From positions 62,001 through 126,000 of the forward strand of contig JAWMAR010001797.1 of the NCBI GenBank assembly GCA_036785375.1: a DNA stretch of 64,000 nucleotides, in the 5' to 3' direction. The DNA is from Leucoraja ocellata (Eukaryota). The translations under genes and the position numbers were made by a program. The notes under the pieces were generated by a model that was given only the letters and a program-made list of their open reading frames with translations, had not been told where the DNA came from and ran no database searches. Positions 45,773-57,751 of the stretch are shown piece after piece (position 1 is the stretch's first letter; every line of letters begins with the position of its first letter).

Positions 45773-46917
45773 ATTTCCTGCAACGGGATTGAAAACATCT
45801 TGAAAATGCATCTATTAATTCTGAAGGTAGTCTTTATGCTCGTCACATGATAATGTGCACAACTGTGTTGTAATTTAGTTACGTACTCAAAGATGTGTGT
45901 ACCTGTTACCAGTTACATGGCAAGGTATTAATAAGAGAAATTTGCGTGGAAAGGTTTCCTGATTGCGTTCCCATGCATTATATATTAATTATTAATAGTT
46001 CGTTGTACAACTTACAATAATCAGCAGATGCACGTAATAATGTGAAGGATATTGTTAGTTGGGGAGAAGTGGTTGAGTCTCCATTCGTAGATGAAACGGA
46101 AAGTTCTGATGTCTTCCTAATGCTTAATGGAAGTGCAAAGCGACGTCGTCCATAATTTAAAAAAATGAGTATTGACATAAAATTTGCAAGTTGTTAAAGT
46201 GATGGAGAGCATGTGAGGTGTTTTCGGATGGAGGATGGCATGAACCCTGACAGGGATGGGGGAACGGCGATAGATTCGATGTATGAGGAGATGAATTTAG
46301 TCGGACAATAGCAGGCAGGAAAAAATGGCCTAAACAGGACTGCCCTATCTAAGGATCCCAGGCAGTACACAAGACCCACTGAACATGTGGGCTACACATG
46401 TGGGGCAGTAAAATGCTATGTCGAGAAACGGGGCTGTTTGTCACACCGAGAACAAGTGAAACCACACTTGTTTGGTGAACTGGTGAGTAGCAGAATAAGG
46501 AGGAAAAACGTGTGAATGTAGCAACAGATAACCGCGAAGTTCGCATTATGCCATTTGCTCTGTGTAATTTAGTGCTCACGTACCCAGCAATCGGCAAGTG
46601 ATCAGGTTATCCCTGCTTGTCCCATTCCACTGACTAGTTTTCACATTCAATGCAATTCACTGGGCAAAGATTTCCCCGCCCTGCCTGTTCAAAAATCGGC
46701 AAATATCACCCCTTCACTAATCCCTGTTCTCGCTTTGTAACCACTCACCTTCCGTTGGCAGTTTCGCATGAAAACACAAAATATGTAAGGTTCTTGTACA
46801 GTACCACTTCCCTTGCACTGTACAGGACCAAAACGTCTTCCCGGTAAAGCAGTGATCTGCTTGCACCTTTTTTCAATGTAATGTAGATGTTTGGTCTTCC
46901 CAATGCGGTGGCACTGC

Positions 46918-47240
46918 CATAAGATATTGGAGCACAATTAGGCCACGGACACATTCGAATCTGCTCCATGATTCGATCAAGGCTGATCTATTTCCCCCCT
47001 CTCCCTTAGCCTTTTATACCCTTACTAATCAATAACCTATTAATCTCTGCCTTAACAATATACTATAACGACTTCGACATAACATTGTGGCAATGAATCC
47101 GTCAGATTCTCCATCCACTGGATAAAGACATTCTTATGGATCACCATTCTAAATGTGCGGCATTTTCTAGTGAGGCTGCGCCCCATTTACCTAGATTATC
47201 TCACAATTGGAAATATCCTCTCCACATCCATCCCATCCAG
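46918..47240 (-). mobile_element. CR1-type LINE 3' fragment
   Basis: CATAAGATATTGGAGCACAATTAGGCC...ATCCTCTCCACATCC, homologous to the other minus-strand CR1 ends. Confidence 0.6.
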
Positions 47241-47517
47241 GTCGTTTAGTCGTGCGGTTAGTTTGCAGCAAAGAAATAATGAACTTCCGGTTTCTTACCA
47301 CATTCATTCACAAAGTCACCAACAACTGATCTTTCTGTATATTACCTCGAGCGCTGCTGGAGCGAGGGAAGGTTAAGGCACACGCTTGGAAAACAGTACC
47401 TCGTCTTTCATATGGACAAGTTGCAAGGTTCCCGACCTGACCACACATGTCCGTTTTCATTCAGGCTTAGTTTTTTTCCCTCTATTTTGCATTGAGCTGA
47501 AGAGCATATAAACTTTC

Positions 47518-48128
47518 ACTCGTAGTGCAGTGGAGTGCGGTCGCTATTCGCTTACAGGCACTGGAGGGCAGTCGTAGGCCATCTCCTTCGCTGACCGGCC
47601 AATTTGATTGGCTCATTGGAGTTTCACGACCTAGGAAGACCTAGTGCCCGGTAAACTTTACTATATATCTCCACTCCTTCTCCCCACCTTCTCTCCTCTC
47701 CCCCTTCTCCCCCCCCTTCTCTCCCCCTTCTCTCCGCTTCTCTCTCCGTCTCTCTCCGTCTCTCCCCTTCTCCCCCCCCCCCCCCCCCCCCCCCGCGCTA
47801 TCTAAATGACTTACGCGCTCTGTGGTAGCCGTTTACCTTCCTCTTCACCACGCAGACAGTGCTCATCCGCTTTCCCTNNNNNNNNNNNNNNNNNNNNNNN
47901 NNNNNNNNNNNNNNNNNNNNNNNNNNNNNNNNNNNNNNNNNNNNNNNNNNNNNNNNNNNNNNNNNNNNNNNNNNNNNNNNNNNNNNNNNNNNNNNNNNNN
48001 NNNNNNNNNNCGGTTTCAACGCGGCCGGTCGATCCTGCTCGAGGCTTTCCAGAAGAGTGCCCTCGAGCATGAAAGTCGAAGGCACTATTCTGGAATCGCG
48101 GATTATGTCACCCAAGTGGGACAGGCCC
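47518..48128. mobile_element. Putative Harbinger-like non-autonomous element spanning the assembly gap
   Basis: Right end GTCACCCAAGTGGGACAGGCCC followed by TTTAA resembles a Harbinger TIR with a TWA target. The left TIR was not seen. Confidence 0.45.
47878..48010. other. Assembly gap (133 N)
   Basis: Run of N. Confidence 1.
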
Positions 48129-49618
48129 TTTAATTGTATTTCTTTCCGCAGATGATGTTTCCGCAATCAGTGTTTTCAGCATTTTCAGTTGTTGACGTGC
48201 ACGAAATGTCATCGTTGTTACACTCATCATGTCATCGAAATATTATCGTTGGCTCGTCTGAGTCTTTCCAAGGATTCTAATTTGACATGCAGCCGAAGTT
48301 ATTTACCACAAAACTAGAATCCGATGGTATATCTGGTGCCAATATTGAAATACTGTGTTTGATTAAACATCCTACCTTCCACGACATAAACAACTTGTTC
48401 GTCACCGTGTTGACGAGACCATGTGCGTCGTTGAATATCCGCTGTTAACCAACTGCCATTGTTTGATCACATTACAACCAATTTCTGCAACTTTGGGATA
48501 AAAGGATATGACGGTAAAGTAAAGTTGAAATCCGTATCAAGTAAGGGTTGGGACTTTAATGAATGGAGTGCATCAAATGACTGCGCATAGCAAGGTTGTT
48601 GCAGCCTTCAATGTGGGAAAAGAAAGTAGAGGTTTGGAGTCTGCCCTGCGAATACGATTTTTCTATTTTACCCGCTCTATCTGTTTCTAAGGAAATGTAT
48701 CTGTTTCTGGAAAATCTACTCAAAAGATGGCGCATGTCAACAAAGATGGCAGCTCTGAAATTCCGAATGGCATTTATCGAAAGGGCATTTTACAGGATAA
48801 ACTGGTAACAGGGGAGTAATGATTTCACGGGTGAATTTTAAATGAGCAACGATCCATGGATGAAAGGTTAATTGTGTCGTTTATTTGCAAATTGAAATAA
48901 AGGATCCTTTGCAAGAAACCCAGTATGAAATGGAGATTCTCAAGGTAAATAAGAATAAAATGTAAAACATTCATCATTTTTTCCACGTCCAACCAGACAT
49001 GGACACCTGTTTTCTCTGATCCCTACAATATCAATTGGAGTCTGCTGGGTCATGAGCCTGTGAGGTTGCTGGAAACATGGTTTAAAATGCAGCAGGACCT
49101 CACCTTACATATGCACGTGTTAGCAAACCAAAGATGAAATGGACTTGACGATGCCTTTCTCCAGGAATCACTTCCTTGAAACAAGAGATGGGTTCAACAA
49201 TTACTTAATGGAAAGCATAATGTGCACGGACAGCGACTTCAACATTTGAAAAGTTGCATTGATATTCTCATGATTATCTTATATGATCGCTAACTAGCTC
49301 AACTTTACTCGAAAATGATTTTTGTGCAAGAGGCATAATAATAGAATTCACGTCAAAGAAAGGAAAATTATGGTCATTAAATTAATATATTTTTGCTACG
49401 ATGCGCGCAGGGAGGGTCTGCACGTAGAGATCATGCATCTGATATAAACACTGATACCATATATTCATTCGGTATTGCCTTATGAGTGAAACAATAGACC
49501 ATGATAACATTTTCCATCAAAAATCCCTTTGCATGTGTCTCCCCTGAGTTTCGAAGTTAAATGCAGAAAGCTCGCTTTTTAAGAAGACGCTTTATGGCTG
49601 TACACCCTGAAATGTTTG

Positions 49619-49785
49619 GGAGAGCGTTACAGCTTTAAGAATTGAAGTTGCAGTTATTGAAAAGAACTGGCTGTGTCGCTGTCTACCAATGGAAAGCTCA
49701 ACCACACAGATGGATCTATTGCCCCTCCCACACCCCAGAATAAAAACGTCAGACGCGACGAGAGAGGCCAGCAGTGCCTGCGTTT
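49619..49785 (+). promoter_or_regulatory. CSE-like promoter module, unit 8 (CGCT 49677-49680)
   Basis: Same conserved module. Confidence 0.8.
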
Positions 49786-49937
49786 AGATTGCGGAATCAA
49801 GCTGAGGATGATAGATTTCCTGTTTGTTTTGAATCGGTATTTAGAATATGTATGATTTTGTTTAAAGCTAGTAGTTGGAATCTTTTCACGGATTAACCTA
49901 AGAGATTCCTGGTTTTGGACATTGACAGCGCGGAACA

Positions 49938-52322
49938 ATGGCGTGCCTACCGAGGTTTGCCTTCACAGTGTGTGTTTGCATGTTTGCGATATATGCACCG
50001 GGTCTAATCTCCGGGCAAATTCGTTATTCTATTCCCGAGGAAACCGAGCAAGGGGCATTTGTTGGCAATATCGCTCGAAATCTGGGCCTGAACATACGGC
50101 AATTGTCAGCTCGCAAATTTCGACTGAGCTCTGATAATGGCGGACGGTACATCAAGGTTAGTGCTGACAATGGAGTGTTGTCTATCCGTGAAAAAATCGA
50201 TAGGGAACGTATTTGTGGAGAAGCGGATGTGTGTATTATACCCTTCGACATTGTTCTGGAAAATCCCTTGGAGGTGTATCGCGGAAAAATTGAGATTCTT
50301 GATGTAAATGACAATCCACCTACTTTCCCGCACGGCAGCATTGCCTTACAGATATCGGAAGCGAGTGCACCCGGTGTACGTTTCCGTCTCGAGAGCGCAG
50401 AAGATCCTGACATTGGAATAAATACCGTGGCCGCCTACACAATCAGCTCTAGTGAGCACTTCAGTCTAAAAACACAGAAAACCGAGGACGGGTTTGTAAT
50501 TGCCGAGTTGTTGTTGGAGAAATCATTGGATCGAGAGCTACAATCATCATTTCAACTCTTGCTAACTGCGACTGACGGTGGAACCCCTCAGAGATCAGGC
50601 ACAACTCAGATTCGCATTAATGTATTGGACATCAATGATAATCCACCAGTGTTCGACCAGGATATTTACAGGGGGAGTATAAGCGAGAACTCCGCCAATG
50701 GTATCTCGGTATTGAAAGTCAAAGCACACGATATGGACGAAGGACTGAATGGGAAGATATCATATTCTTTTAGTGATGTCGCCGTGCGAAAGGTTCGTAA
50801 TTTGTTCAGTTTAGACCCAGATACTGGAGAGGTTCGAGTTGGTGGAAACTTGGATTTTGAAGAAACAAAGGTCTATTATCTAGATGTTCAAGCTATAGAT
50901 CACGGCTTAGCTGCAATGACAGGACACTCCAAAGTGTTGATCAAAATAATGGACGTAAACGACAATGCACCCGAGATACAGGTGACATCAGCTTCCAATA
51001 AAATCCCGGAAAATTCTCCGCCAGGAACTTTGGTAACGTTGATCAATGTTATGGATCGTGATTCTGGAGAGAACGGCCAAGTCCGCTGTTCGTTACCAAA
51101 GAACATACCATTTAAACTACAAACAGCATCGGATCGTTACAAATTAATTACCAGTGAAATGTTGGACCGTGAAGCGATATCTCAGTATAATGTAGCTATT
51201 TCGGCATGGGACTTGGGGTCGCCTTCACTCTCCGCAAATCTAACCATCCAGATTACCATTTCAGACGTAAACGACAACGCCCCTTGGTTTGCTGAATCAT
51301 CCTACAATGTATATGTGATGGAGAATAACGCCCCAGGTACATCACTGTTCACAGTATCTGCAATGGATGCTGATATAGAACAAAATTGCTATGTATCTTA
51401 CTCCATTGTGGATACACACATAGACAACCTGCCAGTTTCCACTTACCTCAGCATCAACGCAATTAACGGGACCATGTATGGGTTACACTCCTTTGATTAT
51501 GAGAAACTCAAAAACTTCCAAATACAAGTTCAAGCCCGTGACGCAGGGGTGCCTCCATTGAGCAGCAGTGCTATGCTGAATGTGATCATCCTGGATCAAA
51601 ATGACAATGCTCCGATATTTGTTTCACCGCCAGGACAGAGTGAATCGGCAGCAATGGAGATCGTGCCCCGGTCAGCGGGTCAAGGGTACCTGGTCACCAA
51701 GATAATGGCAACTGATGCAGATTCTGGTCAGAATGGTCGGTTCATTTATCAGATAGTGAAATCTACTGATCCCAGTTTGTACAATGTTGGGCAAAATTCC
51801 GGTGAAATTAGAACAGCGCGCAACATCCTACAGTCAGATATTTCTGTACACACACTGGTCATCTTGGCGAAGGACAACGGGCAGCCAAGCCTCTCCAGTA
51901 CGGTTACAATTAACATTAAAATATTGGAGAACAGCACTGAAGGAATCGCGGATACAAGCAGCTTATTGATGGATCCTGAATATTTCTCTGATCCAAACGT
52001 TTATTTAATCGTCATTTTCAGTTGCACTTCCGTTGTCTTTCTTCTGATCATTATTCTGTTGATTGGCATCAAGTGTAAACAAGACAGAAATAACATTCAA
52101 GAGTATAACTCCCGCAGTTATTGTTACAATCGTGGGGATTCTCACGATACGTTTAAAGGAAGGCCTGCCATGGAGGAAACTTTACGCTATCCTGGGACAG
52201 GTCAGGTAGTCCGCGTTGCAGATATGAATCATTACTCAGTCTGTCTGTCTCCAGAGTCAGCGAAAAGTGATTTTCTCTTCTTGAAGCCATGCGGCGCTTC
52301 CACCTCTCAAGCTCAAAGCTAA
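49938..52322 (+). CDS. Clustered-type protocadherin, unit 8 (794 aa, single exon)
   Basis: Intact ORF with signal peptide, six EC repeats, TM and tail. Confidence 0.95.
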   Translation: MACLPRFAFTVCVCMFAIYAPGLISGQIRYSIPEETEQGAFVGNIARNLGLNIRQLSARKFRLSSDNGGRYIKVSADNGVLSIREKIDRERICGEADVCIIPFDIVLENPLEVYRGKIEILDVNDNPPTFPHGSIALQISEASAPGVRFRLESAEDPDIGINTVAAYTISSSEHFSLKTQKTEDGFVIAELLLEKSLDRELQSSFQLLLTATDGGTPQRSGTTQIRINVLDINDNPPVFDQDIYRGSISENSANGISVLKVKAHDMDEGLNGKISYSFSDVAVRKVRNLFSLDPDTGEVRVGGNLDFEETKVYYLDVQAIDHGLAAMTGHSKVLIKIMDVNDNAPEIQVTSASNKIPENSPPGTLVTLINVMDRDSGENGQVRCSLPKNIPFKLQTASDRYKLITSEMLDREAISQYNVAISAWDLGSPSLSANLTIQITISDVNDNAPWFAESSYNVYVMENNAPGTSLFTVSAMDADIEQNCYVSYSIVDTHIDNLPVSTYLSINAINGTMYGLHSFDYEKLKNFQIQVQARDAGVPPLSSSAMLNVIILDQNDNAPIFVSPPGQSESAAMEIVPRSAGQGYLVTKIMATDADSGQNGRFIYQIVKSTDPSLYNVGQNSGEIRTARNILQSDISVHTLVILAKDNGQPSLSSTVTINIKILENSTEGIADTSSLLMDPEYFSDPNVYLIVIFSCTSVVFLLIIILLIGIKCKQDRNNIQEYNSRSYCYNRGDSHDTFKGRPAMEETLRYPGTGQVVRVADMNHYSVCLSPESAKSDFLFLKPCGASTSQAQS

Positions 52323-52484
52323 ATTGCGCTGATGTGTAGTATAAAGGAACACTATTAAAAATAATGCGGCCATTTTTTTCTGCGCAAGAATCTGAATCAG
52401 TGCTAGTGAAATATTTGAGAACACATTCCATTGTTGCATTGTTCTCTTTCGCTTTATGGGAGTACGGTTGTTGTAATTGTGAAA

Positions 52485-52490
52485 AATAAA
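52485..52490 (+). terminator. Putative polyadenylation signal AATAAA, unit 8
   Basis: Positionally conserved among paralogs. Confidence 0.5.
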
Positions 52491-53008
52491 TTGCTCCTGC
52501 AACTGGAATGAAAGTATCTTGAAATTGTGTCCGTTAATTCCGACGGCAGACCTTCTGCTGGTCATTGGATAACATGCACTAATTAGTTGCCATTTATTGG
52601 ATTGCGTGTTTGATTTGATTGGCTGGATCCAGTTACAAGTTGAAGTATTAATGTATGAAAATTGCGGTGAAAAGAGTCCCGATCGCGTAACGATACGTTC
52701 CATTGGAATTGTAGATACGTGCTCGTACAGAAATGCCTAAGAACAAATAGCTGGCGCAGGAAATAAATCTGCCGTCACTTGTCATATTTGAATGACAAGT
52801 GACGGCAGATGCTGAGATCGTGTGCACAACTTACCAGAGGAAATCAGCGATTCAGACCGCACCTGCGGAGCCCAACCAGCCCAACTTTTAGGGTCGAGCC
52901 TTTCGTGAGTACAGGAGAGGAAAGTTGTTGGTAGATAAAAACGCGGGGAAGGCATAGAGTAAACGATAGCAAGTGGTAGTTTGGATTCAGGTGAGGAGGG
53001 CATTTTAT

Positions 53009-53475
53009 AACCATATAACAATTACAGCACAGAAACAGGCCATCTCGGCCCTTCAAGCCCGTGCCGAACACTTTTTTCTCTCCCCCTAGTCCCATCTATC
53101 TGCACTCAGACCATAACCCTCCATTCCTTTCCCGTCCATATACCTATCCAATTTATTTTTAAATGATAAAATCGAACCTGCCTCCACCACTTCCACTGGA
53201 AGCTCATCCCACACAGCTACCACTCTCTGAGTAAAGAAGTTCCCCCTAATGTTACCCCTAAATTCTGTCCCTTAATTCTTAAGTAATGTTGTCTTGTTTG
53301 AATCTACCCTACTCTCAATGGGAAAAACTTATCCACATCAACTCTGTCTATCCCTCTCATCATTTTAAAGACCTCTATGAAGTCCCCCCTTAACCTTCTG
53401 CGCTCCAAAGAATAAAGACCTAACTTGTTCAACCTGTCTCTGTAACTTAGTTGCTGAAACCCAAGCAACATTTTG
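53009..53475 (-). mobile_element. CR1-type LINE 3' fragment
   Basis: AACCATATAACAATTACAGCAC..AAACAGGCCATCTCGGCCC 3' end followed by antisense ORF2 C-terminal sequence. Interrupts the paralogous spacer. Confidence 0.75.
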
Positions 53476-54500
53476 GCAGTTCATTCATGGGGAGGAGAGC
53501 ATACGTTGAGCAGAACAGACTGAATCTCCATTCTTAGATTAAACGGAATGCTCCAATGTCTTCCTGTTGCGGAATGGAAGCGGAAAATCGACGTTATCTA
53601 TGGTAAAATGAGGATTGGCATGGCATTTGCAAGTTGAATAAGTTGTGAGCTATTTCCTGATAGAGAGGTAATGGACAGGACTGGGATGGGGATTCGGCGA
53701 TAGACTCGAGGTATGAGCATATGAGTTCAGTTGTGCAACAGTAGGCTATAATGAATGGGCCAAACCAGGTAGTCCTGCCTATGGATCTCGGGTAGGAGGC
53801 ACTGGGAACACTGAGCACGTTGGGCTGCACATATTGGGAAAGGACAAATTCTGTTGAGAAACGGGCATTTTGGCACAATGAGGAAAGTTATTTTGGAAGA
53901 AGCAGACAGATGAGGAATCTATTAATAGAATATATATACATCTATGAAAGGGGGGAGGATAAACGAGCGAATGTAGTAGCAGGCATAACCGTGAGGTTCA
54001 AATTGTGCTTTTTTGTGATGTGTAAAGTGCTTCCAACACACCCAGCATTCGCGTAGGGATCTGTTCACAGTGGCTTCTCCCCGCCTCTGTTGCTGGGGAG
54101 AACAATAATAATGTTCCCCTATTTGTCATCGTCCACTCACTAGCTTTCACATTCAATGCAGCTTACCACAATTCGAAATATATTTCGTTACTGAGCACAG
54201 ATGATCCTTCTCTACCTGTTTAGTAGTTCAAAAGTATGTGGCCTTCATCAATCCCTGTTGTGGGCTTCTGACCCTTCCTATCACTCACCGTCCTTTGGAA
54301 GTTTTCCATGAAACCACAAAACGTGTAACACTTTTATTTTACCAAATCCTTTCCAGCACCCAACATTCTTTCAGGTGAAGCAGTGATTTTCTTGCTCTTC
54401 TGTCAATATAGCGTGTGTATTTGGCCTTCCCAAAGTGATGACACTGTATTGGAGACATTGAAAGAGGGTTGTGCCATTGTTTTGTAAAGCACATTCGTAC

Positions 54501-54597
54501 AGTCTGTAGTAGGATCTCGACCAGAAACGTCACTCATTCCTTTTCTCCAGAGAAGCTGCCTGTCCCGCTGATTTACTCCAGCATCTGTGTCTATAGT
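54501..54597 (+). mobile_element. Short (~95 bp) Penelope-derived insert with degenerate hammerhead core, flanked by a TSD
   Basis: AGTCTGTAGTAGGATCTCGACCAGAAACGTCA.... Direct repeat CACAT(T/G)CGTACAGTCTG at 54490-54506 and 54598-54614. Confidence 0.7.
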
Positions 54598-54839
54598 CAC
54601 ATGCGTACAGTCTGCATGAATTAAGCTGATATTTCTGTTTACATAACATTTTTATTCACAATTTCAGTACAAGTTAACATTTTTGTTTCTGACTTCCAGC
54701 ACTGTTGGAACACGGACAAACCAAAGCGCGCGATTGAAAAAGTGAACTTCATCTTCCATATGGACAAGTTGGACTCTGGAACGCAGCACTGTTGTCTGTT
54801 ATCATTTCGGTTCGGTTTTCACTATTTTCAATTGAGGTG

Positions 54840-55215
54840 TAGAAATATAGAAACATAGAAAATCGGTGCAGGAGTAGGCCCTTTGGCACCGCCGCTCATT
54901 GTGATCATGGCCTGATCATCCACAATCAGTAACCCGTGCCTGCCTTCTCCCCATATCCCTTAATTTCACGAGCCCATAGAGCTCTCCTTTAAATTCACCC
55001 AGTAAATTGGCCTCCACTGCCTTCTATGGCAGAGAATTCCACAAATTCACAACTCTCTGAGTGAAAAAGATTTTTCTCATCTGAGTATTAAATGGCTTCT
55101 CCTTTATTCTTAGACTATGGCCCCTGGTTCGGGACTCAACCAACATTGGGAATATTTTTCATGCATCTAGCTTGTCCAGTCCTTTTATAATTTTATATTT
55201 CTATAAAAAATAGAG
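54840..55215 (-). mobile_element. CR1-type LINE 3' fragment
   Basis: (ATAGAAAC)n tail and GGTGCAGGAGTAGGCC 3'UTR. Paralogous copy at 61965-62310. Confidence 0.7.
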
Positions 55216-57435
55216 CATAGAAACACACCCTTCGACACGCCGCGTCTACGCTGACAATAATGTTTATCTACATTAATTCAACATTAGTATATTTTACATA
55301 TCCGCCAATTCCTCGCATTTTCACATTGCCGTTAAGTAACTTTGACACGTTTGCTTTTTCCTGTCTCCACCACCTATAGCACCAATTCAATCCAGATCCA
55401 ATTCTTCATTTCAGATATGATGAGACCGCTGGTCGGCTTTAAATCTCCTCCCTCTGATCGTAAAACTACATCTTCTACTTTTGGACGTCCGTACCATTTG
55501 GAGTGACTATTGGTCAATGTCCTACCTGTGTCTCTCATTATTGAATATATCGCTCTCATAACTTCCCTCAACTGTGTTCACTGCAGGGAATACAGTTCTC
55601 GCCATCCAACCTGCCATGCTAACGTAAACCCTGCTGTCCTGACAAATTTTCTTGGAGTCTGCCTTTCTCCCCCACTGGCTTAAAAAAACCATCTCTTCAG
55701 TGTGCTGCCTAGACCTGCACAGAATGATGCAAATCCAGCCAATGCAATGTTTTGTTTAACTAAAACTAAATTATTGCATTCAATACCGCTGCTAAGGTAG
55801 GCGACCTTGCCAAATGCCTTCATCACAACTTGTTTACATGTGTTCCCATTGAAACAAAAAAAAACCCTTTCTTTTACCACACATCCACTTCAGTTTGTTA
55901 ACAGGAACATGTCCCATTCCCTTGCTATTAGCCATTCATTAAATAAGCTATTACAGAAACAATGAAGCATAGTTTGTCCTAACAGCTCCATCAACTACTG
56001 CGTATATTCGTCTCCTTTATTCCCATCCTCACCTACTGAGAAAAAACGTATTTTCATTCTTTCACAGTACTTATAATTTTATTACATTCCTCGGGTGATA
56101 TTTGAGTCGGTGAGTGTTTTCAGTAATTGCTAAATCACGATAGTAGCATGTTTCGTGTTTAGTGGAAGAATGATTCCCAATCTCACCTATAGTTTTCGTG
56201 GTGATTTTGATTTTCAGGTTTTATTAGAAATGTTGGATTGATATTTATTTTAGGATTTGATTTTTTGATACTTTCACCTGGTTCGGTTATTGTATTATCT
56301 CCCCGCTGTTATGGGATATTAAAAATGTAAATCCCAGAGCTAAATTGAGAATGTCGTCCAATAGGCATCTATTTGACCTATTGCGGCACCAGAAATCTTC
56401 GCAAATCTTGCAACCAATGGAGAACATGACCAATGCACCATTTTTGATTAACATTGTATCCTCTGCGACTTGCCTCATTTGTAAGTTGCCAGGATCATGC
56501 CCGACTTTGAGCATCTACTAAACTCCAGTAGCAGAAATGAAACTACAATTTTCTCATCACATTATAACTCAACGTTCACTGCAAAGGCCATTTTACAGTG
56601 TAAATATAGCACCAAGAGATTAGTGTTAATCAGGGCGCATTTTAAACGAACAATCACCTGCAAATCAATGGGCAATTGTCACTTATTTGCAAATTTCAAC
56701 AACGGAATCATTGGATGGAAAAACATGAAACGTAGATTCGCAAAGGAAATAATAATTCAAAAGTTCACCAAATTTCCCGCGCTCAGCCGTACACAAATCC
56801 TTATGTTCCACGCTTCCCCTCATATGTCCGGGTCGGCGGGTTATGTGCCTGTGAAACTGCTGCATGCAAGATTTATTTTGCAGCAATCCCTCACCTTAAT
56901 TTTGCATGTGTCAACAAACTCGTCTTGACATGGACGTGACGATGTCTTTATCCAATAATCACTTACTTCAAACAGGAATTTTCTTCAACAATTGCCCAGT
57001 TGAAGTAGTATGTTCACGAATACCTTCTCCAATATATGAAAAGTGATAATGCATGTTTTCAGATTATATCCTCTGATTACGGTGAAGGTCAACTTCGCAT
57101 AAAGTATTTTTGTTAGAGAGGGAATGATAATAGACTTCACATTTCAAACAAGGAATCATTACGTAATCGTTATATGAATATATTTTCTTCCTACCCTTAT
57201 GTGCGACTGTGAGAGTTCCAACAACTGTAGGTAAAGATATGTTTCTGATATGATAGGTTGCATCATAGAAATACCGATGCCATCCATTTATTCTCTATTG
57301 CATTATGCCTGTCCCGTTTTAACATTCTGGGTCAAAAACCCTCGGAACATGTGAATTGCGAAGTTAAATGCTGCAAGCAAAATAACCATTGTTGTTTTTT
57401 TAATACGTGTTATGGCTGCACACCTTTAAATAACA

Positions 57436-57602
57436 GGAGAGCAGTGCAGCTTTAAGAATTGTAGCTGCAATTGTCGAAAAGAACTGGTCGTGTCGCTGTC
57501 CACCAATGAGAAGCTCAAGTGCACAGATGGATCCATTGCCCCTCCCACATCCCAGAATAAAAACGTCAGACGCGACGAGAGAGGCGAGCAGTGCCTGCGT
57601 TT
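57436..57602 (+). promoter_or_regulatory. CSE-like promoter module, unit 9 (CGCT 57494-57497)
   Basis: Same conserved module, intact. Confidence 0.8.
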
Positions 57603-57751
57603 GGATTGCGGAATCCATGTTAGGAGGAAAATATCCCGACTGTTCCGAGTCAGTATTTCGATTATATATATATATTTAAATCTTGTGCTTGGAACATTTT
57701 ACGGATACGTGAGGAGAGGCCTGGTTTTGGACATTGACTGAGCGCGGAACA

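Noticed and set aside
47798-48166. ORFs spanning the N run
   Set aside because: Artefacts of translating through the assembly gap.
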